From the IMG/VR virus record IMGVR_UViG_3300014697_000001, positions 96,001-160,000 of that record: a stretch of 64,000 bases of DNA; one strand, 5' to 3'. Positions 46,315 to 57,056 of the stretch are shown here, in pieces. Numbering within the stretch: the first letter of the stretch is position 1; each line of letters opens with the position of its first letter. The stretch is from a virus (Duplodnaviria; Caudoviricetes). The notes under the pieces are model-generated. The model ran no database searches. It was given only the letters and a program-made list of their open reading frames with translations, and was not told the origin of the DNA. A program made the translations under genes and the position numbers.

Positions 46315-48783
46315 ATGTTTATCACAAAGCTGATCTTGCATCGCTGCAAGCGTTTCTATCTACGTGAAATTGAAACCCTGGAAATCAACCCGACCTTAAA
46401 GACCCAGATCATCCTAGGTACCAACGGTTCCGGTAAGTCCAGTCTACTTAAGGTTGGCTTTACCGTTCTGCCTGCCGATGCTCGTGACTTCATGAAAGGC
46501 GGTTATAAGCTGGTTCACGTGATGCACAACGGCAAAGTGTACGAGCTGAAGAATGACTTCTCCGGGAAAGCCCCTCTGCACAGTTTCATCTGTGACGGTG
46601 AGGAACTCAATGAAGGCCATACTGGCGCTGTTCAACGTGAACTGGTGCGTGAACACTTTGGCATGACCAATGAGCTGCATCAGGTCCTGACTGGCCAGCT
46701 GAACTTTACTGACATGAGTGCTGTCCAGCGACGCGAGTGGATCACTCTGTTGTCCTCGGCTGACTTTGAATACGTCATCAAACTGCACGGGAAGATCAAA
46801 CGTGCAGTGCGTGATACCGGCGCGGTCATCAAGCACCTGTCGGGTCGTCTTGTCAATGAGATCGCCAAAAAGATTGACGATGAGACATTCAACACCCTGC
46901 GGCGCCAGTCTCAGGAGATCTGTGACAAACTGATCCGACTGCACCAGCATTCCAAGCGTGAAGGTCTGGCTGATAACTTCGATACCTATGGTCGAGAGTA
47001 CCATAATCTGCTGTCTGATCTGGAAGCTCTCCTACAGCGCGCCAAGTACCTTAAAGGTGAAGTGCCACTGTCGGTCAAGGATACGGACGAAGAGGCCGTC
47101 ACAGAGCTTAAGGAGGCCTTGCGTAGCCGTGTACAGATGCTTGACGCAGCGCTTCATGAAGTTTCCAGTCGTCATCAGGAAATTGACAAGCAATTGCACG
47201 ACATTGGAGAGCTGGAAGCGATCGATCCTGCTGAACTCCATGCCCGTATCGCAGAATTGACCACACGTAAAGAACTGCTCAAAGTCCAGTTTAAGACTAC
47301 AGCCAACCCAGACAACCTGCCCAACCATGGGTATTGCTTTGCAGCCATTCAAGAAGTCATTGAAACCTTGCATGGCGTCTCGGTCACTGATGACAGTTTG
47401 ATTGATCGGGCCAGTATCTTTCGCAAGCAGCAGGAACTTAACGAACTCCAGCAGAAGCTGGTGTCTGGATCGTCCAGGATCAGTGAACTGGAGTACCGAC
47501 TCAACCACATCCGTAATTGCTCCACGGTTTCCTGCCCCAATTGCAATCACCAGTTCAAGGAAGGGGTCTCAGGAAGTGAAGAGGAGGAGATCAGTCAGCT
47601 ACTGGCCAAAGGGTACTCGTTCCGACAGAACATGTCCGCCAAGATCGATGAGGTCAAGGCATGGCTCGGAGAAGCACAACAAGCAGGTGATGTCGTCCAT
47701 CAACTGTACGGGCTGCGTGATCGCAATCCCAACTTGGCTGAACTGTTCAGTCTGATCAACGATGCAGGCGGCTTTGGACGAGGGAGGGCACTGATCCCAC
47801 TGTGCACTGACTTTGTGAGTGACGTCAAAGCCCATCTGGCCATGATTGAGTTGGATCATGAGATTGTGCCACTTGTAGAGCGCCTCAGTGCGCTTAAACA
47901 GCTGGACCAGTCCAGTGGCTTGCGTGACGTTGCCCAGTCGCTCAGCGAGCGTGTGGTGGATCTTAAAGGCCACTTGATCGATGCTAGACAGACCCTGAAG
48001 GAAGTGGAGAGTTTCTCTCAGCGAATGGCGGAGGCCCGTGAGATCAGTAAGGCTGTTGAATACAGTATGCTGCGCCTGGATGACTTGATGACTCAGATGA
48101 CCCGCTTTATCGCAGTCGAAGAAGTCGAAGCTCAGGTCAAGAAGCATCAGGTGCAACTCGGCATGTTGGAGCAATCCCTGGCCGAAGCTGAAGTGCAGAT
48201 GGGGATTGTCACCGACCTTAACCGGTCGCTCGAAGACGCCCGAGTGGAGGAGAAAGCCTTGATCATGCTGGAGAAGATACTGTCGCCTCGCGACGGGATC
48301 ATCGCTGAGCAGATCCTGGTCTTCATCAACACTTTCATCGAGAGCATCAACGACGTAATCGCCAAGGTATGGGGCTACAACCTTGCACTGGATGTCTGCG
48401 ACCTGGCTGAAGGGGAGTTGGATTACAAGTTCCCGATGTACGTGCACAATGCTGACAATACCGTTGACGATATCCGCTTTGGCTCGGACAGTCAGAAGGA
48501 CATTGTCAATCAGGCTTTCCGGTTGGTGGTTTACAAGTTCATGGAACTGGACGGGTATCCGCTCTATCTCGATGAATTGGGTCGGACCTTTGACGAAGTC
48601 CATCGTCTGAACCTGACTCTGGCATTGAAGGATTTGATGGGGGATGAGACATACTCACAGATCTTCTTCATCAGTCACTCGTTCGAGAGCCAGAACAGTT
48701 ACCCTGCCAGTCAGATCGCAGTCATTGATGACAGCCATGTCTCACTGAAGCGTGAGTACAACGAGCATGTAACCATCACCTGA
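46315..48783 (+). CDS. sbcC: SbcC/Rad50-like SMC ATPase
   Basis: GTNGSGKSS Walker A, coiled coil with CPNC zinc hook, LYLDE Walker B, FISH. Confidence 0.9.
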   Translation: MFITKLILHRCKRFYLREIETLEINPTLKTQIILGTNGSGKSSLLKVGFTVLPADARDFMKGGYKLVHVMHNGKVYELKNDFSGKAPLHSFICDGEELNEGHTGAVQRELVREHFGMTNELHQVLTGQLNFTDMSAVQRREWITLLSSADFEYVIKLHGKIKRAVRDTGAVIKHLSGRLVNEIAKKIDDETFNTLRRQSQEICDKLIRLHQHSKREGLADNFDTYGREYHNLLSDLEALLQRAKYLKGEVPLSVKDTDEEAVTELKEALRSRVQMLDAALHEVSSRHQEIDKQLHDIGELEAIDPAELHARIAELTTRKELLKVQFKTTANPDNLPNHGYCFAAIQEVIETLHGVSVTDDSLIDRASIFRKQQELNELQQKLVSGSSRISELEYRLNHIRNCSTVSCPNCNHQFKEGVSGSEEEEISQLLAKGYSFRQNMSAKIDEVKAWLGEAQQAGDVVHQLYGLRDRNPNLAELFSLINDAGGFGRGRALIPLCTDFVSDVKAHLAMIELDHEIVPLVERLSALKQLDQSSGLRDVAQSLSERVVDLKGHLIDARQTLKEVESFSQRMAEAREISKAVEYSMLRLDDLMTQMTRFIAVEEVEAQVKKHQVQLGMLEQSLAEAEVQMGIVTDLNRSLEDARVEEKALIMLEKILSPRDGIIAEQILVFINTFIESINDVIAKVWGYNLALDVCDLAEGELDYKFPMYVHNADNTVDDIRFGSDSQKDIVNQAFRLVVYKFMELDGYPLYLDELGRTFDEVHRLNLTLALKDLMGDETYSQIFFISHSFESQNSYPASQIAVIDDSHVSLKREYNEHVTIT

Positions 48784-48793
48784 GGGCACTGGG

Positions 48794-49135
48794 ATGAAGA
48801 TTGATCGAGGGTCGGTGCGGTTCTACATCGGAGCCGCCACCACCGGAGAAGGGACTGGAAAATGGACATGGCCAGGTCGTGATCTACCTTTTCTTTACGA
48901 ACTTCGGTGGAAGGTAAACATCCAACGGTCACTGGAACCTGATCTGACGACCTGGAAACAGTTCGGTCTGATGATGGCCTTTGACCTGCTGGGTGAACAA
49001 TGGATTCAGGTACCTGTCAAAGCACTGGCTGAACAGATAGGGGATCAGGAAGTCATCGACCTGTTGACCCATTGTTCGGGTACCTACTTGGGGGTCTCCA
49101 GGTTCAGGGTATTGGATCAATTGGGTTGTCCGTAG
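48794..49135 (+). CDS. hypothetical protein
   Basis: 113 aa between sbcC and a hairpin. Confidence 0.55.
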   Translation: MKIDRGSVRFYIGAATTGEGTGKWTWPGRDLPFLYELRWKVNIQRSLEPDLTTWKQFGLMMAFDLLGEQWIQVPVKALAEQIGDQEVIDLLTHCSGTYLGVSRFRVLDQLGCP

Positions 49136-49142
49136 ATGCAAA

Positions 49143-49175
49143 CATAGGGGAGGGGCTAGAGCCCCTCCCCTTATG
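49143..49175. terminator. bidirectional hairpin, CATA...TATG type
   Basis: CATAGGGGAGGGGCT-AG-AGCCCCTCCCCTTATG. Confidence 0.75.
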
Positions 49176-49185
49176 CCGCATCATC

Positions 49186-49860
49186 CTACTCTACAAGTTC
49201 GAGTACAGGTCGCCAGCCATAATAACTGGACGTGTAACCAGGGGCATCGTAGTACGCTAGAGCTACACCGCCATGTCCACGCCATAGCCGAGTCGATCCC
49301 TGACTTTCCTGACACCACGACAGTGCCCCTGAGCCATGGGTGTATCGAGTCAGCAACTCAGCTTCGCTGTATTGCGCCCAATCGCCTTCGTCAATCCCTT
49401 CCGAGGCTAGGGTATTTGGCGCACCGCCAAACGGCCGACCCGAGATATGGTACATCAACCGGTTCCATTCAGACCCGTGAGTGCCCGGATGGTCATAGGT
49501 GTTGGCTGGGACTGTAGAGGGATCGGAATTAGCCCCTTTGAACAGCCTGACCTTATAGGTCTTGCCACCAATGACAATAGTTCTGGCACCGTACACCGCA
49601 TTAGCGCTGGCGATATGGTTCCATGTGATACTGTGGCGATAGGCTTTCTTGGCCACCAGCTTGGTTTTGCCATCCACCGGGTCTTTGAATTTGAGCCAAG
49701 GCTCGTCGCTGTTTTGGGCGACCCCTCCAGCCAGGCCGATGGCTGCAGCCAGTGCATTACCTGTAATAAAGTCACTGGCCAGGACTTCGCCTAGGAAGGG
49801 GTTTCGAGCAAGACCTAGTCGACGCCTGGTCTCGGATGCTGCAATCATCAATGGGTTCAT
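49186..49860 (-). CDS. virion structural protein of the phiKZ-like paralogous tail family
   Basis: FLGEV...DFITG, YKVRLFKG, SEWNRLMY, GWRPVLELV. Confidence 0.7.
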   Translation of the reverse strand: MNPLMIAASETRRRLGLARNPFLGEVLASDFITGNALAAAIGLAGGVAQNSDEPWLKFKDPVDGKTKLVAKKAYRHSITWNHIASANAVYGARTIVIGGKTYKVRLFKGANSDPSTVPANTYDHPGTHGSEWNRLMYHISGRPFGGAPNTLASEGIDEGDWAQYSEAELLTRYTHGSGALSWCQESQGSTRLWRGHGGVALAYYDAPGYTSSYYGWRPVLELVE

Positions 49861-49908
49861 TTAATTTACCTGCAAGAGACGGGGTCACCGACCCTCATTG
49901 TGGCTATG

Positions 49909-51264
49909 TTACAGCTGAGGTTCGCCAGCGGCGCTACCATCTGTTACAGTGGCGTCATTATACGAGTACTTACTGGTCACGATCAGTTGGAACCGGTCGA
50001 GGTTGTATGCCACGTACAGGACACCATCCCGAATCAGTCGAGTAAACTTGACAGGCACGGCCGAATCAGGAGTCATTTCCTCTGCAACGGCAAGTAGTTC
50101 AATCAACGCCAGTACGAACCGGCGGGTCTCAGGCGACATCCGCCCGAAGTCCGTGGTCGTGGTGTCAATGTTGATGTAATCGCTGTAACGCTGAACAAAC
50201 GACCGGATACCGTCGCGGTTGTGAGGACCGCCGGCGACCATGACAGTGACCGCCTTGAAAGCAGCCCCAAAGACTTCAGCATTAGCTTCAAGGTACTCGG
50301 GGGTATAACCCTCACCTTTGACCAGTTTCTTAAGCTGTGCGATACCTGCCAGTGCATTGGTCACCGAGCTGTAAAGGCCCGATTCCAGTTCACGGTTGGT
50401 GATCGAGTAGTTGCCCCAGAGCGGAACGAAGACGAACTCGGTGGAGGTGAAGATCTCCGGGAAGAGTTTAGCCCATTCGTCTTTGGTGTGGTCGCTGTGA
50501 CTGAGGATGTAGTCGCGAATGGCTTCCTTGATCGCATCGATGTTACGACCGGCGATACCGTGAATGATGACTGACCAGTAGGTCTTAATCCGACGACTGA
50601 CATCCAACGGTGCTACAGGATCGAACCACTCGAACATCTCACCTTGCAGGTAGGTCTCAGGATAACCCTCTTTGGCCGCCATGATCTTCTCGACTACAAG
50701 GTCGTGAGTCATGTCTGTCAGAGCAGTCTGTACCGCCGTGCGACCTAGGAAGAACACATCGAGGTCTTCTACAGGTGGGACGATCTTGATCTCGTATTCG
50801 TCGAACTGCTGCTCAAAGACCTCAGTGGCGTACCAAAGCTTATATTGCTTGGTATCATCTGCCTGGTCACGGACCTCGATAACACCAGGCAGCCAGATGT
50901 TCTGGCCGGCCTCAACCATGGCCCCAACGGACCAGAGACTGTACTGGGTACCGAACTGAAGAATGAAAGCCGTGCGGAAGGATTCAGTGCTAGGCGTGAA
51001 AGTGCCAGCAAGCGCTTGCTCGTATGCCCATTTGTTGATCAGTAGCAGTTTACCGGCGAGTACCGGGTCGACCTGCTGGTTCACGCCATCCTGGGTGCTA
51101 GAGAAAACCACCAGCGTGTGACCAGCAGCAGCTGCTGTGTTGAGGTATTCCTTCTCACGGGCATAGGTCAACGCCATGGGGGAGAGTTCACCCACCGGAG
51201 CCACTTGAGCCTGCGTGTTGTCGATCAAGGCCGAAATGACACTGAATGCCTTTAGCTTATACAT
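49909..51264 (-). CDS. putative virion structural protein
   Basis: 451 aa; MYKLKAF...APVGELS start recalled from phiKZ-like structural proteins. Confidence 0.6.
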   Translation of the reverse strand: MYKLKAFSVISALIDNTQAQVAPVGELSPMALTYAREKEYLNTAAAAGHTLVVFSSTQDGVNQQVDPVLAGKLLLINKWAYEQALAGTFTPSTESFRTAFILQFGTQYSLWSVGAMVEAGQNIWLPGVIEVRDQADDTKQYKLWYATEVFEQQFDEYEIKIVPPVEDLDVFFLGRTAVQTALTDMTHDLVVEKIMAAKEGYPETYLQGEMFEWFDPVAPLDVSRRIKTYWSVIIHGIAGRNIDAIKEAIRDYILSHSDHTKDEWAKLFPEIFTSTEFVFVPLWGNYSITNRELESGLYSSVTNALAGIAQLKKLVKGEGYTPEYLEANAEVFGAAFKAVTVMVAGGPHNRDGIRSFVQRYSDYINIDTTTTDFGRMSPETRRFVLALIELLAVAEEMTPDSAVPVKFTRLIRDGVLYVAYNLDRFQLIVTSKYSYNDATVTDGSAAGEPQL

Positions 51265-51335
51265 GTTAATCTCCCGCCCAGGGGCGTAATTTATGAAGGT
51301 CGATTAAGACAAACGATCATATCATTTCTTGGAAT

Positions 51336-51809
51336 ATGCCCATGCCCATAGCCATGCTATTCAAATTGGCAAAGGCCCTGTTCTTGTTCATCAGGGAGAT
51401 GTGGCTGCGCGACCGTACGTTTCGACAGTTCATCCATCAGAACTTGTCGCTTATCGTGATGTCGATGGGCTTTGTAATCATGTCCGTGTTCTTTGTTCAC
51501 GTCTACATGATCGTCAAAGACCAAGAAGCGCAGATTTCACAATACCAATTTGAAAATTCACGTTTGAAACACATTTATGACACCGAGGTGCCTCTACTTC
51601 GTGAGCAGGTAGCACTATACAAGTCTCGCTATCTCGAGGCCGTAGCGGCCGCTTCTCACGCCGCTGACCCGCCACCACCGCCTGAGCCTAAGCGCACCCC
51701 AGGAAAGCCGCTTAGCCCACCTCCAACCCCTACCACTACCGATAAACCCGTCCTGACTCGCGGTCCTTCTACGGACTTAGTCGAGAGATGGAAACGACTC
51801 CGTCAATAG
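51336..51809 (+). CDS. membrane protein, i-spanin candidate
   Basis: TM helix, coiled coil, Pro-rich region. Confidence 0.5.
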   Translation: MPMPIAMLFKLAKALFLFIREMWLRDRTFRQFIHQNLSLIVMSMGFVIMSVFFVHVYMIVKDQEAQISQYQFENSRLKHIYDTEVPLLREQVALYKSRYLEAVAAASHAADPPPPPEPKRTPGKPLSPPPTPTTTDKPVLTRGPSTDLVERWKRLRQ

Positions 51810-51817
51810 GTTAATTC

Positions 51818-52174
51818 ATGTCAAACACTCATACATCTCGAGGTGGCCGTTTCGTAGGTTTATTCTGGTTAATGGTCAGTCTCGGCTCCTGCTCAGTGGT
51901 CCAGTACAACATCACCAATAATCAGGCCTTTGGTCTGCAGCAAATTGTCGATGATGAGAGCGGTTGCCACAAGTTCGAACGCACCATACGACTAGGGCAT
52001 CACAAACCTGTGGTGCCTGATATAGACATCTCCAAGGTGTCAACCGAACAGCTTAATTATGTCCTTCTCACCTTGACGGAGGATCTGGTGGTCTTCATTG
52101 AAAATGAGGAAGCCTTTTTGAAACAGGACATTGCCCGTCATCAGGACAAGTGTCAACGTAACCACTCCAGGTAA
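51818..52174 (+). CDS. putative lipoprotein, o-spanin candidate
   Basis: hydrophobic signal ending SLGS-C (lipobox-like). Confidence 0.45.
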   Translation: MSNTHTSRGGRFVGLFWLMVSLGSCSVVQYNITNNQAFGLQQIVDDESGCHKFERTIRLGHHKPVVPDIDISKVSTEQLNYVLLTLTEDLVVFIENEEAFLKQDIARHQDKCQRNHSR

Positions 52175-52219
52175 GATGGTGTTTTTCAAAAAGGATCTTA
52201 GATATTAGATGGAGCAGCT

Positions 52220-53764
52220 ATGGATCGCCAACACCAACATAATCATCATCATCATCTCGAAGGTTCAGCAGTCATGTCGGGAGTAAAAGAATCGGAATCC
52301 ATTCCAGCGTGCAAGGGGGTTTTGTACGCCGACGGTGGGTTCTACAGTACTGAGAAGGCAGGCGGATGGGGTGTGCACGGCTACGTCTACAGCGTAGACA
52401 GCCTTCCGACTAAAGGGAGTGGTCATCCTAAATCCACCCCTACTGCAAATGGATACAGCGAGACCAAAGCTGAGGACAAGGCGGTCAATGTCCTTAACTA
52501 CGTCGATACGTTCGGTGGCGTACCTAAGGCTAAAGACAACAATCACACGGAGCTGATTGCTGCTCGACAGGCGTTGGAATATGCACTGGAAAAGGGATTA
52601 AGCCACACCCTTATTTACTCGGATTCAGCTTACGTGGTCAAAGGGGTCAACGAGTACCTCGACCGCTGGAAGCAAAATGGCTGGCGCACCCGTGCCGGTG
52701 AAGACATCGCCTGCAAGGAAGATTGGCTTAAAGTTGATTCCTTGCTAAACCGTCACAAAGACCTGAACAATGAAGTCCAGCTCGCGTGGATCAAGGGTCA
52801 CAACGGCCATACTGGTAATGAGATGGCCGATCAATGGGCAGGTAAAGGTAACTGCATCGGCGTCAATGGCTACAGCCTGACCTACAAGCTCGAACAGAAG
52901 CCCGAAGGGTATTGGAAATCAGCAGTGAACCATAACCGACTCCTGGACCAACCTAAATGGTACTTTAGTTCCGACCAGACCGATCGTCGTATCAGTGCCT
53001 GTGGCCGTCATGTGTACTGGACAGGCCAGCACGGCGACGACGAAGACGTGGCCAAGCCACAGTCTGATTCATCCAACGCTGTCCTTTATCTCAAGGAGAA
53101 GATTGAGGTTCTGGAAAAGGTTCGCGCGCATTTCATCGAGCAGGATACCCATCAAGTGGGACACCTTTTTGTCGGTGTCCTGCGCAACATCCTAACCGCC
53201 GCTATTGCCGAGGACATTACCCGTTTTGGCATGTCGGTCTTTCGCAAGAACAAGGCCAACATGGGACTTGTGAGTCAGAAGAAATTGCCGGTGATTCACC
53301 ATGTCACTCCAACCGGTCTGGCGTATTACAACGTCGAGAACCTGGAGAACATGACCACCATCCTCAATCAGTTTCTCGATGGCGACAAGTCCCTTATCAC
53401 GACCGATCTGACTGACCTACTATATGAAGCCGCGGAAAAAAAGGGTGTAAAGTCGTTAAAGCTTCGCAAAGAAATCACCAACACGGTGAAACACCTCGAT
53501 GTGAACGTCAACTTCAATACATCCTTTGCCCGTGAGCTGAGGGCGATGGAAGAGGTCCCGGTTGAACGCACCAAGGTACGTTTGATCATGGGTTCTGACA
53601 TCATCGGACGCAATGCCCTATCGGCGCTTGGTGACAGCGTCCAACGCGTGACAGTCCTTACCTGGCGTGAATCTGAAACAGTGATTCGTTATGCGACGGT
53701 CATTGAGACGGAACACGATATCGGACTGTGGGCAAACCCGTTCGGCAACTTTAAACTGGTATGA
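52220..53764 (+). CDS. rnhA: RNase H1 domain protein with large C-terminal extension
   Basis: LYADGG, NNHTELIA, IYSDSAYV, WIKGHNGHTGNEMADQWA. Confidence 0.9.
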   Translation: MDRQHQHNHHHHLEGSAVMSGVKESESIPACKGVLYADGGFYSTEKAGGWGVHGYVYSVDSLPTKGSGHPKSTPTANGYSETKAEDKAVNVLNYVDTFGGVPKAKDNNHTELIAARQALEYALEKGLSHTLIYSDSAYVVKGVNEYLDRWKQNGWRTRAGEDIACKEDWLKVDSLLNRHKDLNNEVQLAWIKGHNGHTGNEMADQWAGKGNCIGVNGYSLTYKLEQKPEGYWKSAVNHNRLLDQPKWYFSSDQTDRRISACGRHVYWTGQHGDDEDVAKPQSDSSNAVLYLKEKIEVLEKVRAHFIEQDTHQVGHLFVGVLRNILTAAIAEDITRFGMSVFRKNKANMGLVSQKKLPVIHHVTPTGLAYYNVENLENMTTILNQFLDGDKSLITTDLTDLLYEAAEKKGVKSLKLRKEITNTVKHLDVNVNFNTSFARELRAMEEVPVERTKVRLIMGSDIIGRNALSALGDSVQRVTVLTWRESETVIRYATVIETEHDIGLWANPFGNFKLV

Positions 53765-53781
53765 TAAACATAGAGGCTTCT

Positions 53782-54162
53782 ATGTATAGATCTGTTGCGA
53801 TTAATCAGTCCTACGGATTTTGGCCCACGCTTAAACGCACGCTGTTCATGGCCAGTCTGTACTTCCGTCTGATCCGTAACTACGATCCCGACGAGTCGCT
53901 GCTCAATGAGTTCAACCAGTTGTTTTACCTCGTTGTCAATCCCCAGTCGTTATCCTTCCCCGCGATGATCTGCCGCATGTTGTGGCGTGAGAAGACCGTG
54001 GATCAGGTGATAGGGTATTGTGAGCGTGACGAACTCAAAAAGGCGGTGGAATTAGTGTATGGAAAAATGCCTCGCTGGCTCAGGTACCTTGATCGAGAAA
54101 CCATGGTGCGTGATGCAGAGAGTGTCATTGCACGAACTCGCCGGCGTGAACGCTTTGTTTGA
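53782..54162 (+). CDS. hypothetical protein
   Basis: GAGG RBS; ends before a hairpin. Confidence 0.6.
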   Translation: MYRSVAINQSYGFWPTLKRTLFMASLYFRLIRNYDPDESLLNEFNQLFYLVVNPQSLSFPAMICRMLWREKTVDQVIGYCERDELKKAVELVYGKMPRWLRYLDRETMVRDAESVIARTRRRERFV

Positions 54163-54166
54163 AACG

Positions 54167-54208
54167 GCATAGATGGGAGGGACTGGTGCCCTCCCATCGA
54201 CCTTATGC
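54167..54208. terminator. bidirectional hairpin, CATA...TATG type
   Basis: GCATAGATGGGAGGG...CCCTCCCATCGACCTTATGC. Confidence 0.7.
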
Positions 54209-54216
54209 GCGATGCA

Positions 54217-55044
54217 TTATTTTTTGATCTCTTTCAGGCTGTCTTTCAGCGCTTCAGAGAACTGACGCAGGCGGTACAGCAACGAGCCGTACGCTTCCAT
54301 TTCTTTGGCAATCGAGAGGGTAATGCCGATCAGTTCATTCACTGCAGTACGGGAGGCACGGCCCTGTTCTTCTACGAGGGGGAGGATCTTGTCAGCTAGG
54401 ACCATGGCACGGTTGGTCAGGTCCAGGGCGTTCTTGGCCGGATGAGCCTTATCCAGCGCCAAAGCCTCGTTGAGGTTATTGTGGGTGGTGGCGATGTCTT
54501 GAGCACGTTCGATCACCGCACCCAGGGTACGGTGGATGTGGTTGCTCTTGGGGTCAAAGAAGGTCTGACCGATGGAGACCATGGCATCGTTGAGTCCAAC
54601 ACTCACAGCACCGTTGTGGCCCAAGCCACTGGAGGACTGCAGCATGTTGGGGTCGTTGATGATCCGCCCGAGGGTGGTGTTGAACGACTTGATCATGGCT
54701 TCAATCTGGACCGCCTTGGTGGTGGCATCCAACAGTGCAGCACTGTAAGGTACCCACTGACCGATAAAGCTTTCCGGTACGACGATGGTCTTGTTCGAGG
54801 CATCGACAAAACCAACCTTACCTACAAAGCCAACCATGTCGCGTGGCGGCATGATTGCGAGGTTGAGGGTGGGGAGCGCCATCTTGCCGAAAAAGCCACT
54901 GGCCTTACGGAAGAACTGACCCATGCGTTGACGCGGATCAAGGGCGATGCCGCCTGCGGCTGATTCCATCGCGACCACGCCCGCCAGTCGTTCAAGGTCT
55001 TCCAGGCTGCACGTGTCAAGCGACTGGTAATATTCAGGATTCAT
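54217..55044 (-). CDS. putative internal head protein
   Basis: N-terminal CSLED and VAMES candidate prohead-protease sites. Confidence 0.6.
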   Translation of the reverse strand: MNPEYYQSLDTCSLEDLERLAGVVAMESAAGGIALDPRQRMGQFFRKASGFFGKMALPTLNLAIMPPRDMVGFVGKVGFVDASNKTIVVPESFIGQWVPYSAALLDATTKAVQIEAMIKSFNTTLGRIINDPNMLQSSSGLGHNGAVSVGLNDAMVSIGQTFFDPKSNHIHRTLGAVIERAQDIATTHNNLNEALALDKAHPAKNALDLTNRAMVLADKILPLVEEQGRASRTAVNELIGITLSIAKEMEAYGSLLYRLRQFSEALKDSLKEIKK

Positions 55045-55127
55045 AATAGGGTCCAACTCCAAGTTAAAGAAAAGCAGTTTTCCATATCGATTTGTACTAA
55101 CAACCTTCATCTGTCGGAAACCAACAC

Positions 55128-56690
55128 ATGAGCACCAGTCCTTTCGCGAAGTTTAAGAAGGCCGCATCCATTCGTCCCATGTGGAACATCGGAGCACTCT
55201 TCGACATCCAAACCGGTAAATACTACAAAGGCAAGCACGGCGAATCCATCCTCTGCGGTGGTCTGAACCATTTCACTGGCGTAGCCGGTTTGCCCAACAT
55301 GTTCAAAACCGTGATCTCACTATTTCAACTCGGTTCTGTGATGAACCGGGTATCGTTAGCCATCATGATGGCACATGATTCGGAGAACACACTGTCTCCG
55401 GGTCGAATTCAGAACGTCTTTCGACAGTTCCCGGAGCTGTTTGGCACAGATCTGGTCGACGCTGGACGGCTCCTGTTTACCGACGCCACCGTGTACAACG
55501 GTAACGAGTGGTGGAACGTCATGCGCGAGTATGCCAATGACCGGCGCAACGACAAGTCCATTCTGGTCACCACCCCGTTTGTCGATGAGAACACCGGCGA
55601 ACTGATCAAGGTCCCGAGTCCGACACTGAGCTTCCTTGACTCACTGTCTGGTCTGCAGACCGAAGGCATCATGAACATGTACGAGAAGGCCGATGTCGGC
55701 CACAAAGACCTGAACATGGTGGCGATGAAAGGCGCTGGGGCTAAGAGTCAGCTGATCGACCAAGTCACTGGCGTAACCGGAGGGTCTGGTCTGCACATCC
55801 TGATGACAGCGCACGTCGGACAGGAATACCAGCTGGACATGTACAAGCCGAACATCAAGCGCCTGAAGTTCCTCAAAGGGGACCTCAAGCTCAAGAAGGT
55901 ACCGGAGAACTTCAGCTTCCTGACGGCGAACTGCTGGTATTGCGTCTCCCTGATGCCGATGCTCGACGCCGACAAGGCCCCTGAGTTCCCGCGTGACGAC
56001 GAAGACGATCTGAAAGGCGATACCGACCTGATCTGCATCAACCTTGTCAACCTGCGTGGCAAGTCTGGTCCATCGGGTATCCCCTTTGAGGTGGTGGTGT
56101 CCCAGTCGGAAGGACTTAAGCCCGAGTTGACCGAGTTCGTCTACTGTAAAGGGTATGAGTACTATGGGATCAGTGACAAAGATGGCAACAAGGCCAAAGG
56201 CAAGCCCAACTACCGTCTTGATCTGTATCCTCAACAGAACCTAACCAGGAAGACGACCCGTCGTCTGTTGGAGACCGATCCTCGCCTGCAGCGTGCCATG
56301 AACATCACAGCTGAGCTGTGCATGATGCGTAACCTGTGGCATGACCTGCCAGAAGGCCTCCTGTGCACGCCTAAGGAGCTTTACGACGACATCGTGGCCG
56401 CTGGTTACGATTGGGACTTGCTGCTTGATACGCGCGGTTTCTGGCTGCCTCTGGAGGAGAAGGGAACTTACGCTGATATCCCGTTCCTCTCCACCATGGA
56501 CTTGCTGAACATGCGAGCTGGGACCTACCGTCCTTACTGGTACGACAAAGCTGTCTCGGCTAAGGCTAAAGCCAGCGCCGCTGTCGCCAGTGCACAAGAA
56601 GCCTCAGCTGGTACTGACAGTGGCACTAAGCTGACGCCTAAGGCGTTGCTCGATAAGATCAAGGATCGGCAGGCGGCTAAAGCCAGCTAA
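55128..56690 (+). CDS. uvsX: UvsX/RecA-like recombinase
   Basis: GLPNMFKT P-loop variant, DSE, SFLDSLS, MTAHVG; synteny. Confidence 0.75.
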   Translation: MSTSPFAKFKKAASIRPMWNIGALFDIQTGKYYKGKHGESILCGGLNHFTGVAGLPNMFKTVISLFQLGSVMNRVSLAIMMAHDSENTLSPGRIQNVFRQFPELFGTDLVDAGRLLFTDATVYNGNEWWNVMREYANDRRNDKSILVTTPFVDENTGELIKVPSPTLSFLDSLSGLQTEGIMNMYEKADVGHKDLNMVAMKGAGAKSQLIDQVTGVTGGSGLHILMTAHVGQEYQLDMYKPNIKRLKFLKGDLKLKKVPENFSFLTANCWYCVSLMPMLDADKAPEFPRDDEDDLKGDTDLICINLVNLRGKSGPSGIPFEVVVSQSEGLKPELTEFVYCKGYEYYGISDKDGNKAKGKPNYRLDLYPQQNLTRKTTRRLLETDPRLQRAMNITAELCMMRNLWHDLPEGLLCTPKELYDDIVAAGYDWDLLLDTRGFWLPLEEKGTYADIPFLSTMDLLNMRAGTYRPYWYDKAVSAKAKASAAVASAQEASAGTDSGTKLTPKALLDKIKDRQAAKAS

Positions 56691-56761
56691 TTATTTGACA
56701 CGCCCGTATACGCAAGTGCTTGTACGGGCGACACCCAAATGAAGATACGAGGAAAACGACC

Positions 56762-57046
56762 ATGTCGAATACTGTAGTGTCTGCCGTCATCGACATGTTG
56801 GCAGACAAGAATCCCCATGCGGCAACGCGATTTACCCAGAACTTTCGTGACAACGCCGCCGATGACCATGCGGCAATCGTTGCGCTCAACCGTTACTGGC
56901 GTGACCAGCTGATGGGCCTTCACACCTCCACCATATCTGCTCGCACCTGCTTGGTCGACGATATGGCGCCACGTGACTGGCTGCGTCACTTTGGTCGGTT
57001 GGTGTTGCCGATCATCGTCAATCACAACCTGCCATCCGTTCACTGA
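56762..57046 (+). CDS. hypothetical protein
   Basis: GAGG RBS before MSNTVV. Confidence 0.6.
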   Translation: MSNTVVSAVIDMLADKNPHAATRFTQNFRDNAADDHAAIVALNRYWRDQLMGLHTSTISARTCLVDDMAPRDWLRHFGRLVLPIIVNHNLPSVH

Positions 57047-57056
57047 GGGCTCTGCT

